Virus record (IMG/VR): IMGVR_UViG_3300032288_000672
Span: 1 to 40,778 of that record
From: a virus
Lineage: Duplodnaviria > Caudoviricetes
Length of the DNA: 40,778 nucleotides
Strand: one strand, 5' to 3'
Below are positions 8,488 through 15,684 of the stretch, in pieces. The notes under the pieces are model-generated. The model was not told the origin of the DNA. It saw nothing but the letters and a program-made list of their open reading frames with translations, and searched no databases. The position numbers were made by a program, and so were the translations under genes. Every line of letters starts with the position of its first letter. Within the stretch, counting starts at the first letter, position 1.

Positions 8488-9325
8488 TATCAATACCCTT
8501 GTCGGTGACATCTATAAAATCTTAAAGGAAGGTGTGGAAATAAATGAAGACCAAGCAGAAGACTTCGGTAAAAGGATTGGGACGCTCATCAAAGAAAGGC
8601 TCTCTCCTCGTCAAGAAAGGAAAGGCACCCTCCGCCTCTCGAACCTTGGTAAGAAAGACAGGCAACTCTGGTATGAAACCCATGGTTACAAAGGTGAAGA
8701 CTTCAACGCCAGCACCTATTTCAAATTTCTTTATGGAGATTTACTTGAAGAGCTTGTTCTATTTCTGGCCGAAGTCTCAGGCCACCGGGTTGAAGGAAGA
8801 CAAGGAGAAGTCTACGTTGATGGCATTCTTGGTCATCGTGATGCTTTTGTCGATGGCGTTCTTGTTGATGTAAAGTCTACATCATCTTACGCTTTCAAAA
8901 AGTTCAAAGAAGGAACACTGAAAGATGACGATCCCTTTGGTTATTACACTCAGCTTTCTGGTTATATTGCTGATAGCCAGTATGGTCGTGATCACGGAGC
9001 CTTCCTTGCTGTGGACAAGCAGAACGGTACGTTGGCTTTACTTCCTGTCTCTGCTGCTGACACTGTTGATGTTTATGCACGAATCGCTCACCTGAAAAAA
9101 GTTATTGCATCTGATACCCCACCTGAACGCTGCTATGAACCTGAACCTATGGGTAAGAGTGGTAACATGAAACTGGGTACTGGATGTTCTTACTGCGCTT
9201 TCAAGAACGAGTGTTGGAAAGATGCCAATGATGGAACAGGACTTCGTAAGTTTCTTTACAGTACTGGCCCTGCTTGGCTTACTACTGTGGTTGAACTTCC
9301 AAAGGTAATGGAAGTTGAGCCGTGA
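8468..9325 (+). CDS. PD-(D/E)XK exonuclease (Cas4/RecB-like)
   Basis: LRLSNLG, GHRD..VD..LVDVKS, Y..QL..Y, C-terminal CSYC.FK.EC; GTG start inferred. Confidence 0.8.
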   Translation: MTETTASINTLVGDIYKILKEGVEINEDQAEDFGKRIGTLIKERLSPRQERKGTLRLSNLGKKDRQLWYETHGYKGEDFNASTYFKFLYGDLLEELVLFLAEVSGHRVEGRQGEVYVDGILGHRDAFVDGVLVDVKSTSSYAFKKFKEGTLKDDDPFGYYTQLSGYIADSQYGRDHGAFLAVDKQNGTLALLPVSAADTVDVYARIAHLKKVIASDTPPERCYEPEPMGKSGNMKLGTGCSYCAFKNECWKDANDGTGLRKFLYSTGPAWLTTVVELPKVMEVEP

Positions 9326-9717
9326 AGTATGGACATTGGGAGTACTCTGGTAAGATAGACGTTGACAGTTCTTTTGGCTTCGTGTATCTTATTACTAACA
9401 CAATCACTGGTAAGCGTTATCTTGGCAAGAAACAGTTTCATTCATACAAGAAAAAGAAACGAGTATCTGAAACCAAGTGGCGTGAGTACACAGGTTCATC
9501 TACTGAGTTAAATGATGACATCAGGAACATGGGGAAGAATAACTTCAAGTTCCAGATCCTGCAAGTGTACAAGACCAGAGGTGGTCTGGTGTATGGTGAA
9601 GCTAACATACAGCATAAACTGAACACTCTGACTGAGACTGACAAGAATGGGGATAGGCTTTGGTACAACAAGCAGATTGGTAGTATCAAGTTTATCCCGA
9701 AAGAATACTACCCGTAG
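9322..9717 (+). CDS. GIY-YIG family endonuclease
   Basis: GFVYLITNTITGKRYLGKKQF, W..Y.GSS, conserved E, WYN. Confidence 0.8.
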   Translation: MKYGHWEYSGKIDVDSSFGFVYLITNTITGKRYLGKKQFHSYKKKKRVSETKWREYTGSSTELNDDIRNMGKNNFKFQILQVYKTRGGLVYGEANIQHKLNTLTETDKNGDRLWYNKQIGSIKFIPKEYYP

Positions 9718-9784
9718 CACAACTGGACAGTGCAACAGCCTTCTAAGCTGTAGGTTGCTGGTTCGAGTCCAGCCGGGTAGGCCA
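9708..9784 (+). tRNA. tRNA-Arg (anticodon UCU)
   Basis: Acceptor CTACCCG/CGGGTAG, anticodon arm ACAGC-CTTCTAA-GCTGT, T-loop GGTTCGAGTCC, encoded CCA. Confidence 0.92.
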
Positions 9785-10006
9785 AAGGACTGGCCAGTTC
9801 TGTATCCCCTTGCGGGCTGGCTTGCGGCAAGTTCGTCCGCCTAGAGATGAGGGAGATGCTGCCATACTGGACGGGGGTATGGCTTAAGACAATGGCTTCT
9901 GCGGAAAGGTAGTGGTCATAGCCCGTCCCTTTAACAGCGAAAGGCTACAGGGTCGCTCCCTGATACCTGACTGGGGGAGCCAGTGACAGGCGGGGAAAGA
10001 CCCGCA
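9785..10006 (+). ncRNA. Putative structured ncRNA, domain 1 (pseudoknotted)
   Basis: Hairpins GCGGGC/GTCCGC, GCCATAC/GTATGGC, CAGGG/CCCTG, ACTGG/CCAGT, GCGGG/CCCGC; loop GGACGGG 9869-9875 complementary to CCCGTCC 9922-9928; no credible ORF. Confidence 0.65.
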
Positions 10007-10036
10007 CAAATTTGCAGTAATGCAATTCCATTGCCT

Positions 10037-10175
10037 TTGGGTTAAGGAGAAAGAGGGGTAACGACCTACCCCAGCCGATAGGGGATTTCTCGGCCTAGTA
10101 GATGCCCGTTGTCGTGACGGGGTTGCGAACGGTGGACTATTCACGGATAGTCCTTAAAATTGTATCGGCACCCAA
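10037..10175 (+). ncRNA. Putative structured ncRNA, domain 2 (multibranch, kissing loop)
   Basis: TTGGGT/ACCCAA and GCCGATA/TATCGGC closing helices; hairpin loops ACGAC (10061-10065) and GTCGT (10111-10115) complementary; GGACTATT/GATAGTCC hairpin. Confidence 0.6.
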
Positions 10176-10179
10176 CTAT

Positions 10180-10254
10180 GCCGGGTTAGCTCAGCGGTAG
10201 AGCAGCGGTTTTGTAAACCGAAGGTCGGGAGTTCAATCCTCTCACTCGGCACCA
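10180..10254 (+). tRNA. tRNA-Thr (anticodon UGU)
   Basis: Acceptor GCCGGGT/ACTCGGC, D arm GCTCAGCGGTAGAGC, anticodon loop TTTGTAA, T-loop GTTCAATC, encoded CCA. Confidence 0.93.
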
Positions 10255-10277
10255 TAGTTTCTTAACTGGAGATAACG

Positions 10278-10445
10278 ATGGACGAAGATCTGATCAAAGC
10301 GTTAAAGAGATACTTTGACATCCTTGATGATCTGTCATACGATGTGTATGAGACAGATGACGCATGGGATGAGGCCAGAAGGCAGGCAGAACTTGAACTT
10401 CGTTACTTCCTCGACGCAGCAATTTATGAGAACATCAACAAATGA
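10278..10445 (+). CDS. 55-aa acidic hypothetical protein (below ORF-track cutoff)
   Basis: GGAG RBS; MDEDLIKALKRYFDILDD...; ATGA overlap with next gene. Confidence 0.7.
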   Translation: MDEDLIKALKRYFDILDDLSYDVYETDDAWDEARRQAELELRYFLDAAIYENINK

Positions 10446-11194
10446 AAACTCACCTGATCATTCCTGACCCTCATGCAGCACCTGATGAGGATCTGTCTCG
10501 CTTCAAGTACCTTGGTAATCTGATTGCATCTGTCAAGCCTGATGTTGTTGTCTGTATCGGAGACTGGGCTGACATGCCAAGCCTCTGCTCCTACGACAAG
10601 GGAACCAAGGGCTTTGAAGGACGTAGGTACAAGCGGGATATTGACTCTGCTGTAAAGGCACAGGACTTGATGTTTGCACCTATCCGTGCTGCTAAAAAGA
10701 AGTTGCCCCGCTTTGTAATGACAACAGGAAACCATGACTATGCCCGTATCAAAAAAGCAATCGAGCGAGATGCAGTACTTGATGGAACAATATCCGTCAA
10801 AGACCTTCAGTACGAAGACTTTGGTTGGGAAACTTACGATTTCTTGGAACCTGTTGAAATTGATGGCGTCTACTATGCTCACTATTTTCCAACGGGAGTC
10901 ATGGGACGAGCCACTAGCGGTGAACATCAAGCTTACACTCTACTCACCAAGCAGTTTGTATCATGCACACAAGGCCATACTCACACGCGAGATTTCTCGG
11001 AACGCACAGCCCCCGATGGACGAAGACTTATGGGGATGGTGACTGGTTGTTACATTGACCGCAAGCATGAGTATGCTGGTGAAGCAAACAAGATGTGGTG
11101 GTCTGGTGTTGTGATCAAACGTGACGTACATCAAGGTCAATATGACTTTGAGTTTGTTGGGTACAATAAGATCAAGAGAGAATATTCTAAATGA
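10442..11194 (+). CDS. Calcineurin-like metallophosphoesterase
   Basis: DPH, GDWAD, GNHD, H, GHTH metal-binding motifs. Confidence 0.9.
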   Translation: MKTHLIIPDPHAAPDEDLSRFKYLGNLIASVKPDVVVCIGDWADMPSLCSYDKGTKGFEGRRYKRDIDSAVKAQDLMFAPIRAAKKKLPRFVMTTGNHDYARIKKAIERDAVLDGTISVKDLQYEDFGWETYDFLEPVEIDGVYYAHYFPTGVMGRATSGEHQAYTLLTKQFVSCTQGHTHTRDFSERTAPDGRRLMGMVTGCYIDRKHEYAGEANKMWWSGVVIKRDVHQGQYDFEFVGYNKIKREYSK

Positions 11195-11382
11195 GCTTTG
11201 AACTTAGACAACTTATCCTTGACAGGTTCGATGTCTTCGAGTTGGTTGAGCTTCTTGACATTGAGGCTGAAGAGTTCTATGATAGAATGGAAGACATAAT
11301 TCTGGCTAATCTTCACAAACTTAAACAGGTCGATCATGGATTGGGAACAGAAACAGGAACAGAAGATACAGAACAGGATTAA
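11191..11382 (+). CDS. Small acidic hypothetical protein
   Basis: ATGA coupling; ELVELLDIEAEE. Confidence 0.7.
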   Translation: MSFELRQLILDRFDVFELVELLDIEAEEFYDRMEDIILANLHKLKQVDHGLGTETGTEDTEQD

Positions 11383-11500
11383 ACACAAGAGTAAGAAAGA
11401 GCATAACAGGTTCTACAAGTCTAAGTATGATGATGATGAAAACCTGTACCACAGGTTCAAGAAAATTAAATCAAAACGTATGAAGGATGACGATGAATAA
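11336..11500 (+). CDS. 54-aa charged hypothetical protein (below ORF-track cutoff)
   Basis: MDWEQKQEQKIQNRIKHKSKK...KDDDE; fills gap and overlaps RNR start. Confidence 0.5.
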   Translation: MDWEQKQEQKIQNRIKHKSKKEHNRFYKSKYDDDENLYHRFKKIKSKRMKDDDE

Positions 11501-13403
11501 CTATCTTCCCACAGACTACCAGAACTTCATTGCCACTTCTCGCTATGCACGTTGGTTGGAAGATGAGAACCGCCGTGAGACATGGGCTGAGACTGTGGAA
11601 CGCTTCATCTCCAATGTGGTAAAGCCCAAGGTTAAGCAAGAAGAGTTTGTTTCCAACATCCGTAATGCCATCCTGAACCTTGATATCATGCCCTCCATGC
11701 GAGCCATGATGACTGCTGGCAAGGCTCTGGACAGGGACAATACCTGTGCCTATAACTGCTCGTATCTTCCTGTGGATGATATGAAATCTTTTGACGAGGC
11801 CATGTTTATCCTTCTCTGTGGCACTGGTGTTGGCTTCTCTGTCGAACGTCAGTATATCCAGAAGCTTCCAGAAGTTCCTGAGAAGATGTTCCCGTCTGAG
11901 ACTACGATTGTTGTTGCAGATAGCAAGGAAGGATGGGCAAAGGCTCTGCGCCAGCTTATCTCCCTCCTGTATTCTGGAGAGATCCCCAAGTGGGATATGT
12001 CAAAGGTCAGGCCAGCAGGGGCGAGACTAAAGACCTTCGGAGGGCGTTCCTCTGGACCTGAACCTTTGGATCAGTTGTTCCGCTTTGTCACCAACATCTT
12101 CCGTGAGGCCTCCGGTCGCAAGCTGAACAGCCTTGAGTGTCATGATATCATGTGTAAGATTGGTGAAGTCGTGGTTGTTGGTGGGGTAAGACGCTCTGCC
12201 ATGATCTCCCTGTCCAATCTGTCTGATGACAGGATGCGTAATGCTAAGACTGGTGCCTTCTGGGAAAGCAACCCCCAGCGGGCCTTGGCCAATAACTCGG
12301 TTGCATATACGGAGAAACCTGATGCTGCAACATTCCTTCACGAATGGTCTTCTCTTGTGGACTCTGGTACTGGTGAACGTGGTATGTTTAGTCGCATTGC
12401 TGCGCAGAAGCATGTTGCGTCCTCTGGTAGACGAGATTCTGAATATGACTTTGGGACCAATCCGTGTTCTGAAATCATTCTACGCCCGTATCAGTTCTGT
12501 AATCTTTCGGAAGTAGTTGTTCGTGCAACGGATAGTCTGGAAGATCTGAGGAACAAGGTACGCCTTGCCACAATCCTTGGCACTATCCAAGCAACCTATA
12601 CCCACTTCCCCTACCTTCGCAAGATCTGGCAGAAGAACACTGAGGAAGAACGTCTGCTTGGTGTGTCTCTGACAGGTATCATGGACCACAAGATCCTGAA
12701 TGGCAGAAACTTTATGGGAGACTTGGAGAATATCCTGAAGATCCTGAAGGAAGAAGCAATTAAGACAAACAAGGAATGGTCTAAGAAGCTGGGTATCTCA
12801 GAGTCTACTGCCATCACCTGTGTCAAGCCTTCTGGTACAGTGTCTCAGCTTGTGGATGCTGCTTCTGGTATCCATGCCAGACACTCTCAGTACTACATCC
12901 GCACTGTGCGTGGAGACAATAAAGATCCTCTGACCCAGTTTATGAAGGATCAGGGTATCCCAAGTGAACCGGATCTGATGAAGCCTGACAACACGACTGT
13001 CTTTTCCTTCCCTGTGAAGGCACCTGATGATTGTGTTACTCGTGATGACATGACAGCCATTCAACAGTTGGAGCTTTGGAAAGTCTATGCACTACATTGG
13101 TGTGAACATAAGCCTTCAATCACAGTGTCGGTGCGGAAAGATGAGTGGGTTGAAGTTGGTGCATGGCTCTACAGGAATTTTGACATTGCGTCAGGATTGT
13201 CCTTCCTGCCTCACTCCGATCACATCTACAACCAAGCCCCGTATCAGGACTGTACTAAAGAACAGTATGAGGAAGCTCTGGCAAAGATGCCAAAGGCTGT
13301 GGAGTGGAGCAAGTTGAGTGAGTACGAGCTTGAGGATACTACAAAGTCAAGTCAGACAATGGCCTGTGTATCGGGCGTGTGTGAGATAGTAGATATTACA
13401 TGA
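11493..13403 (+). CDS. nrdJ: Class II adenosylcobalamin-dependent ribonucleotide reductase (RTPR/NrdJ type)
   Basis: SRYARW, RRETW, PSMR, YNCSY, GVRRSAMISL, TNPCSEI, CNLSE, KPSGTVSQL, C-terminal CVSGVC; no beta subunit gene. Confidence 0.93.
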   Translation: MNNYLPTDYQNFIATSRYARWLEDENRRETWAETVERFISNVVKPKVKQEEFVSNIRNAILNLDIMPSMRAMMTAGKALDRDNTCAYNCSYLPVDDMKSFDEAMFILLCGTGVGFSVERQYIQKLPEVPEKMFPSETTIVVADSKEGWAKALRQLISLLYSGEIPKWDMSKVRPAGARLKTFGGRSSGPEPLDQLFRFVTNIFREASGRKLNSLECHDIMCKIGEVVVVGGVRRSAMISLSNLSDDRMRNAKTGAFWESNPQRALANNSVAYTEKPDAATFLHEWSSLVDSGTGERGMFSRIAAQKHVASSGRRDSEYDFGTNPCSEIILRPYQFCNLSEVVVRATDSLEDLRNKVRLATILGTIQATYTHFPYLRKIWQKNTEEERLLGVSLTGIMDHKILNGRNFMGDLENILKILKEEAIKTNKEWSKKLGISESTAITCVKPSGTVSQLVDAASGIHARHSQYYIRTVRGDNKDPLTQFMKDQGIPSEPDLMKPDNTTVFSFPVKAPDDCVTRDDMTAIQQLELWKVYALHWCEHKPSITVSVRKDEWVEVGAWLYRNFDIASGLSFLPHSDHIYNQAPYQDCTKEQYEEALAKMPKAVEWSKLSEYELEDTTKSSQTMACVSGVCEIVDIT

Positions 13404-13654
13404 GTGAAGAAGAACCAAAACTAAAGGTAGTACCCTTTACCAAGAAACAAGAAAAGCAGGAACCTAAAGAGTTCCCGCCTGATGAAATCTTGAGGATGAG
13501 TAAGGGGATGTATAAGTTTGCCATCATCATGGGGTGGGATAGTAATGAAGAACTAAAGTATATCCTCTCTGATGGAGTAACCAGTGGAGAAGCCCTGTTG
13601 CTGATGGAGGTAGTCAAAGCAGACATTGTGGGAAATATGTTTGACCAAGACTAA
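13400..13654 (+). CDS. Hypothetical protein, last gene of the + arm
   Basis: ATGA coupling, 84 aa. Confidence 0.75.
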   Translation: MSEEEPKLKVVPFTKKQEKQEPKEFPPDEILRMSKGMYKFAIIMGWDSNEELKYILSDGVTSGEALLLMEVVKADIVGNMFDQD

Positions 13655-13671
13655 GTGTTCCCTTTGGGAAT

Positions 13672-13711
13672 AAAAGAAGAGGGGGAGCCTTGCGGTTCCC
13701 CCTTTTTGTTT
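13672..13711. terminator. Bidirectional rho-independent terminator between the converging arms
   Basis: AAAAGAAGA-GGGGGAGCC-TTGC-GGTTCCCCC-TTTTTGTTT. Confidence 0.9.
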
Positions 13712-14183
13712 ATCGTGAAGTACCTCGGATTATTTTTGATTTACTATTAAAACTAAAGACATCCCCCGGAAGTAACATTTTACTAATTAATCCACCCCTT
13801 GGTGCCTTTTTAGATTCAATACCGAGTCTGTTACCTCTATCATCTTCTCCCCAAATAACTTCTTCTTTAGTATCTCTCCATGTTCTCGGCTTAACAGAGC
13901 TTACTTCAGAAACAACTCTCTGACGATTTCTGGATACTGGACCAGTAGACATCTTAGACGTAGGTTGTTCTGCCTTTGTCATCTTGGATTCACCCGGTTT
14001 ACCACCAGCACTTTTACTCTGTGTCACAGGTTTACGAGCAGCTTCAGCCTTCTTCTTATTAGAGACATCTCTAACTTCCTTTACAGTGGAAGCAGCCATA
14101 AAATTCTGGTACTTTCCAGAACCCGGAGAAGACTCTCTATAGGTATAAGAACCTTTCTTGTAAGACTTTGGAGTCGTAGCCAT
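13710..14183 (-). CDS. Basic, low-complexity hypothetical protein
   Basis: 157 aa K/R/S-rich; TGATG coupling. Confidence 0.75.
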   Translation of the reverse strand: MATTPKSYKKGSYTYRESSPGSGKYQNFMAASTVKEVRDVSNKKKAEAARKPVTQSKSAGGKPGESKMTKAEQPTSKMSTGPVSRNRQRVVSEVSSVKPRTWRDTKEEVIWGEDDRGNRLGIESKKAPRGGLISKMLLPGDVFSFNSKSKIIRGTSR

Positions 14184-14374
14184 CAGCGTCTTCCTTCCTC
14201 TTTCATGGGGAGCCTGTTGCTCTTACCAGCATAATTAACCATCTGTCCCTTACGCTTTTCAACTACACCGGGGCTTTGACGAAGGGCATAGATATCAATA
14301 ACAGGTGTCTGCTTACCAGACTTTGTTACTTCTGTGCTATACTCTACTCTGTAGGGTTGACCTTTACCGGGCAT
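14183..14374 (-). CDS. Small basic protein
   Basis: 63 aa; AAGG RBS, abuts neighbours. Confidence 0.7.
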   Translation of the reverse strand: MPGKGQPYRVEYSTEVTKSGKQTPVIDIYALRQSPGVVEKRKGQMVNYAGKSNRLPMKEEGRR

Positions 14375-14375
14375 G

Positions 14376-14561
14376 TTACTTACCTTTCTTCTTCATCTTG
14401 GAGAGAGTCTGGGCAAGTCTGGCTCTCTGGCCCATCTTGCCGGGTTTCTTAGCAGCCTTGGCAAGCTTACCCTTGGGGATTGTCTTACCCTTCTTGACGC
14501 CCATGGCCTCACGCAAAGCACCGGGCTTCTTGATAGCTTCCTGAATCCACTTCTTAGCCAT
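14376..14561 (-). CDS. Small Lys-rich protein
   Basis: MAKKWIQEAIKKPGALR...RARLAQTL, 61 aa. Confidence 0.8.
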   Translation of the reverse strand: MAKKWIQEAIKKPGALREAMGVKKGKTIPKGKLAKAAKKPGKMGQRARLAQTLSKMKKKGK

Positions 14562-14562
14562 C

Positions 14563-14727
14563 TTACTTCATCTTCTTCTTAGCGGCTTTCTTAGCAGCCT
14601 TCTTAGCTGGCTTCTTCATGGCCTTCTTAACAGCCTTACCAACCATCTTTTCCATCGACTTCTTTTCCATCTTCTTCTCGGCCTTTTCCATCTTGGCGTA
14701 GCCCTTACCATATTCACCCATAGACAT
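14563..14727 (-). CDS. 54-aa histone H1-like Lys/Ala repeat protein (below ORF-track cutoff)
   Basis: MSMGEYGKGYAKMEKAEKKMEKKSMEKMVGKAVKKAMKKPAKKAAKKAAKKKMK; TAATG coupling. Confidence 0.75.
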   Translation of the reverse strand: MSMGEYGKGYAKMEKAEKKMEKKSMEKMVGKAVKKAMKKPAKKAAKKAAKKKMK

Positions 14728-14918
14728 TATCTTTTTCCTTTCTTTTTTGAAATACCAGCAGAGGATAAAGCAATGGCAATAGCCTGCTTTCTGCTCTTGA
14801 CAACAGGGGCTTTCTTAGGCCCCTTCGGATTGATACCACCATGCAAAGTACCTTTCTTGTACTCACGCATTACCTTTGCAACCTTATTGCTTTGTGCTTT
14901 TGTAGGCTTCTTAGCCAT
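14727..14918 (-). CDS. Small basic protein (DUF6496-like)
   Basis: KVAKVMREYKKGTLH.G...VKSRKQAIAIALS.AG motif; AGGAAG RBS. Confidence 0.75.
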   Translation of the reverse strand: MAKKPTKAQSNKVAKVMREYKKGTLHGGINPKGPKKAPVVKSRKQAIAIALSSAGISKKKGKR

Positions 14919-15114
14919 CTTTTTTCTTCCTTCCTTCCCCATCACGCTTGAGCGAGTCAGGTTTCCAAGTTCCGTACTTATCATTTATTTCCTCCACACC
15001 GGAGAGTTTTCTTTTCTTTACCATGTCGTAAAACTTGGCTTCAGCTTTTGTCTTACTACCATAAGTAATTTCCATGGCCTTCAAAATCTTCTTACCTTTA
15101 GATGTGAGTGCCAT
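14911..15114 (-). CDS. Small basic protein
   Basis: MALTSKGKKILKAM...YG...FY; TAATG coupling. Confidence 0.75.
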   Translation of the reverse strand: MALTSKGKKILKAMEITYGSKTKAEAKFYDMVKKRKLSGVEEINDKYGTWKPDSLKRDGEGRKKKDG

Positions 15115-15347
15115 TATCTGTACCTTGCCGTTTTCTTTGCAATGTTCTTAGGCTGGGAAACAAACTGTTTACCCTGCTTCTTACCTTTACGCTTTGCAGC
15201 AGTTGTGGCTGCATACTCAGCAGCAGACAAAGCCTTGATAGCCTTCTCAGGCAGATACCTTTCGCCTGTTTTAGAAGAAGGTTTACCAGACTTGGTTCTC
15301 CACTTCTGTTTAGTCCACTCAACCAAGGATTTCTGAGGCTTTTTCAC
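15114..15347 (-). CDS. Small basic protein resembling the C-terminal half of DUF5872
   Basis: QKSL..WTKQKWRTKSG...RYLPEKAIKALS...KQFV.QP; GTGA coupling. Confidence 0.75.
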   Translation of the reverse strand: MKKPQKSLVEWTKQKWRTKSGKPSSKTGERYLPEKAIKALSAAEYAATTAAKRKGKKQGKQFVSQPKNIAKKTARYR

Positions 15348-15490
15348 TTCTTTTTCCTTGGCTTTGTATGACTAAGCTTCTGGCTCTTTGCCGAATGTTT
15401 GGAACCAGTATGAAGCTGCTTACCCATCTTGTGGGTTGGGCCAGTATATACTTTACCATTGGGTAGATAATGTGTTGCATTCTTAGACAT
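15344..15490 (-). CDS. 48-aa His/Lys-rich protein (below ORF-track cutoff)
   Basis: MSKNATHYLPNGKVYTGPTHKMGKQLHTGSKHSAKSQKLSHTKPRKKK; GGAGG RBS, TAATG coupling. Confidence 0.75.
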   Translation of the reverse strand: MSKNATHYLPNGKVYTGPTHKMGKQLHTGSKHSAKSQKLSHTKPRKKK

Positions 15491-15684
15491 TACTTGTATC
15501 CTCCTCCAGCAGCCTTGTACTTTCTGGCCAGAAGTTGAGCCTTACGTGCAGACCATTGGCCAGCCTTTGTACCCATCACGGCAGAAGACTTAATCTCATT
15601 GAACAGACGCTTTCTCAACTCAGGCTTGGTGTAGTTACCAGCCGCATTGACTTTACTCTTGGTCTTGACAGGTTTCTTTGCCAT
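15490..15684 (-). CDS. Small basic protein resembling the N-terminal half of DUF5872
   Basis: YTKPELR...GQWSARKAQLLA..YK..GGGY; TAATG coupling. Confidence 0.75.
   Translation of the reverse strand: MAKKPVKTKSKVNAAGNYTKPELRKRLFNEIKSSAVMGTKAGQWSARKAQLLARKYKAAGGGYK

Noticed and set aside
9792-9860. HDV-like (theta) ribozyme after tRNA-Arg: GGCCAGT can pair with GCTGGCT with a G-U first pair
   Set aside because: No room for proper P2/P3/L3, no GG for P1.1, and a stronger competing hairpin (GCGGGC/GTCCGC)
9785-10179. tmRNA, RNase P RNA or cobalamin riboswitch
   Set aside because: No tRNA-like acceptor/T arm or tag frame, no GAGGAAAGUCC core, only a partial AGCCAG..GAC resemblance to a B12 box, and not adjacent to nrdJ
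5652-13403. Z-genome or other known base-modification pathway suggested by the variant polymerase plus MazG
   Set aside because: No PurZ, DatZ, queuosine-pathway, glycosyltransferase or methyltransferase gene recognised
14773-15336. 187-aa hydrophobic + strand ORF that looks like a membrane protein
   Set aside because: Antisense shadow of Lys codons (AAG/AAA read as CTT/TTT) and lies beyond the terminator
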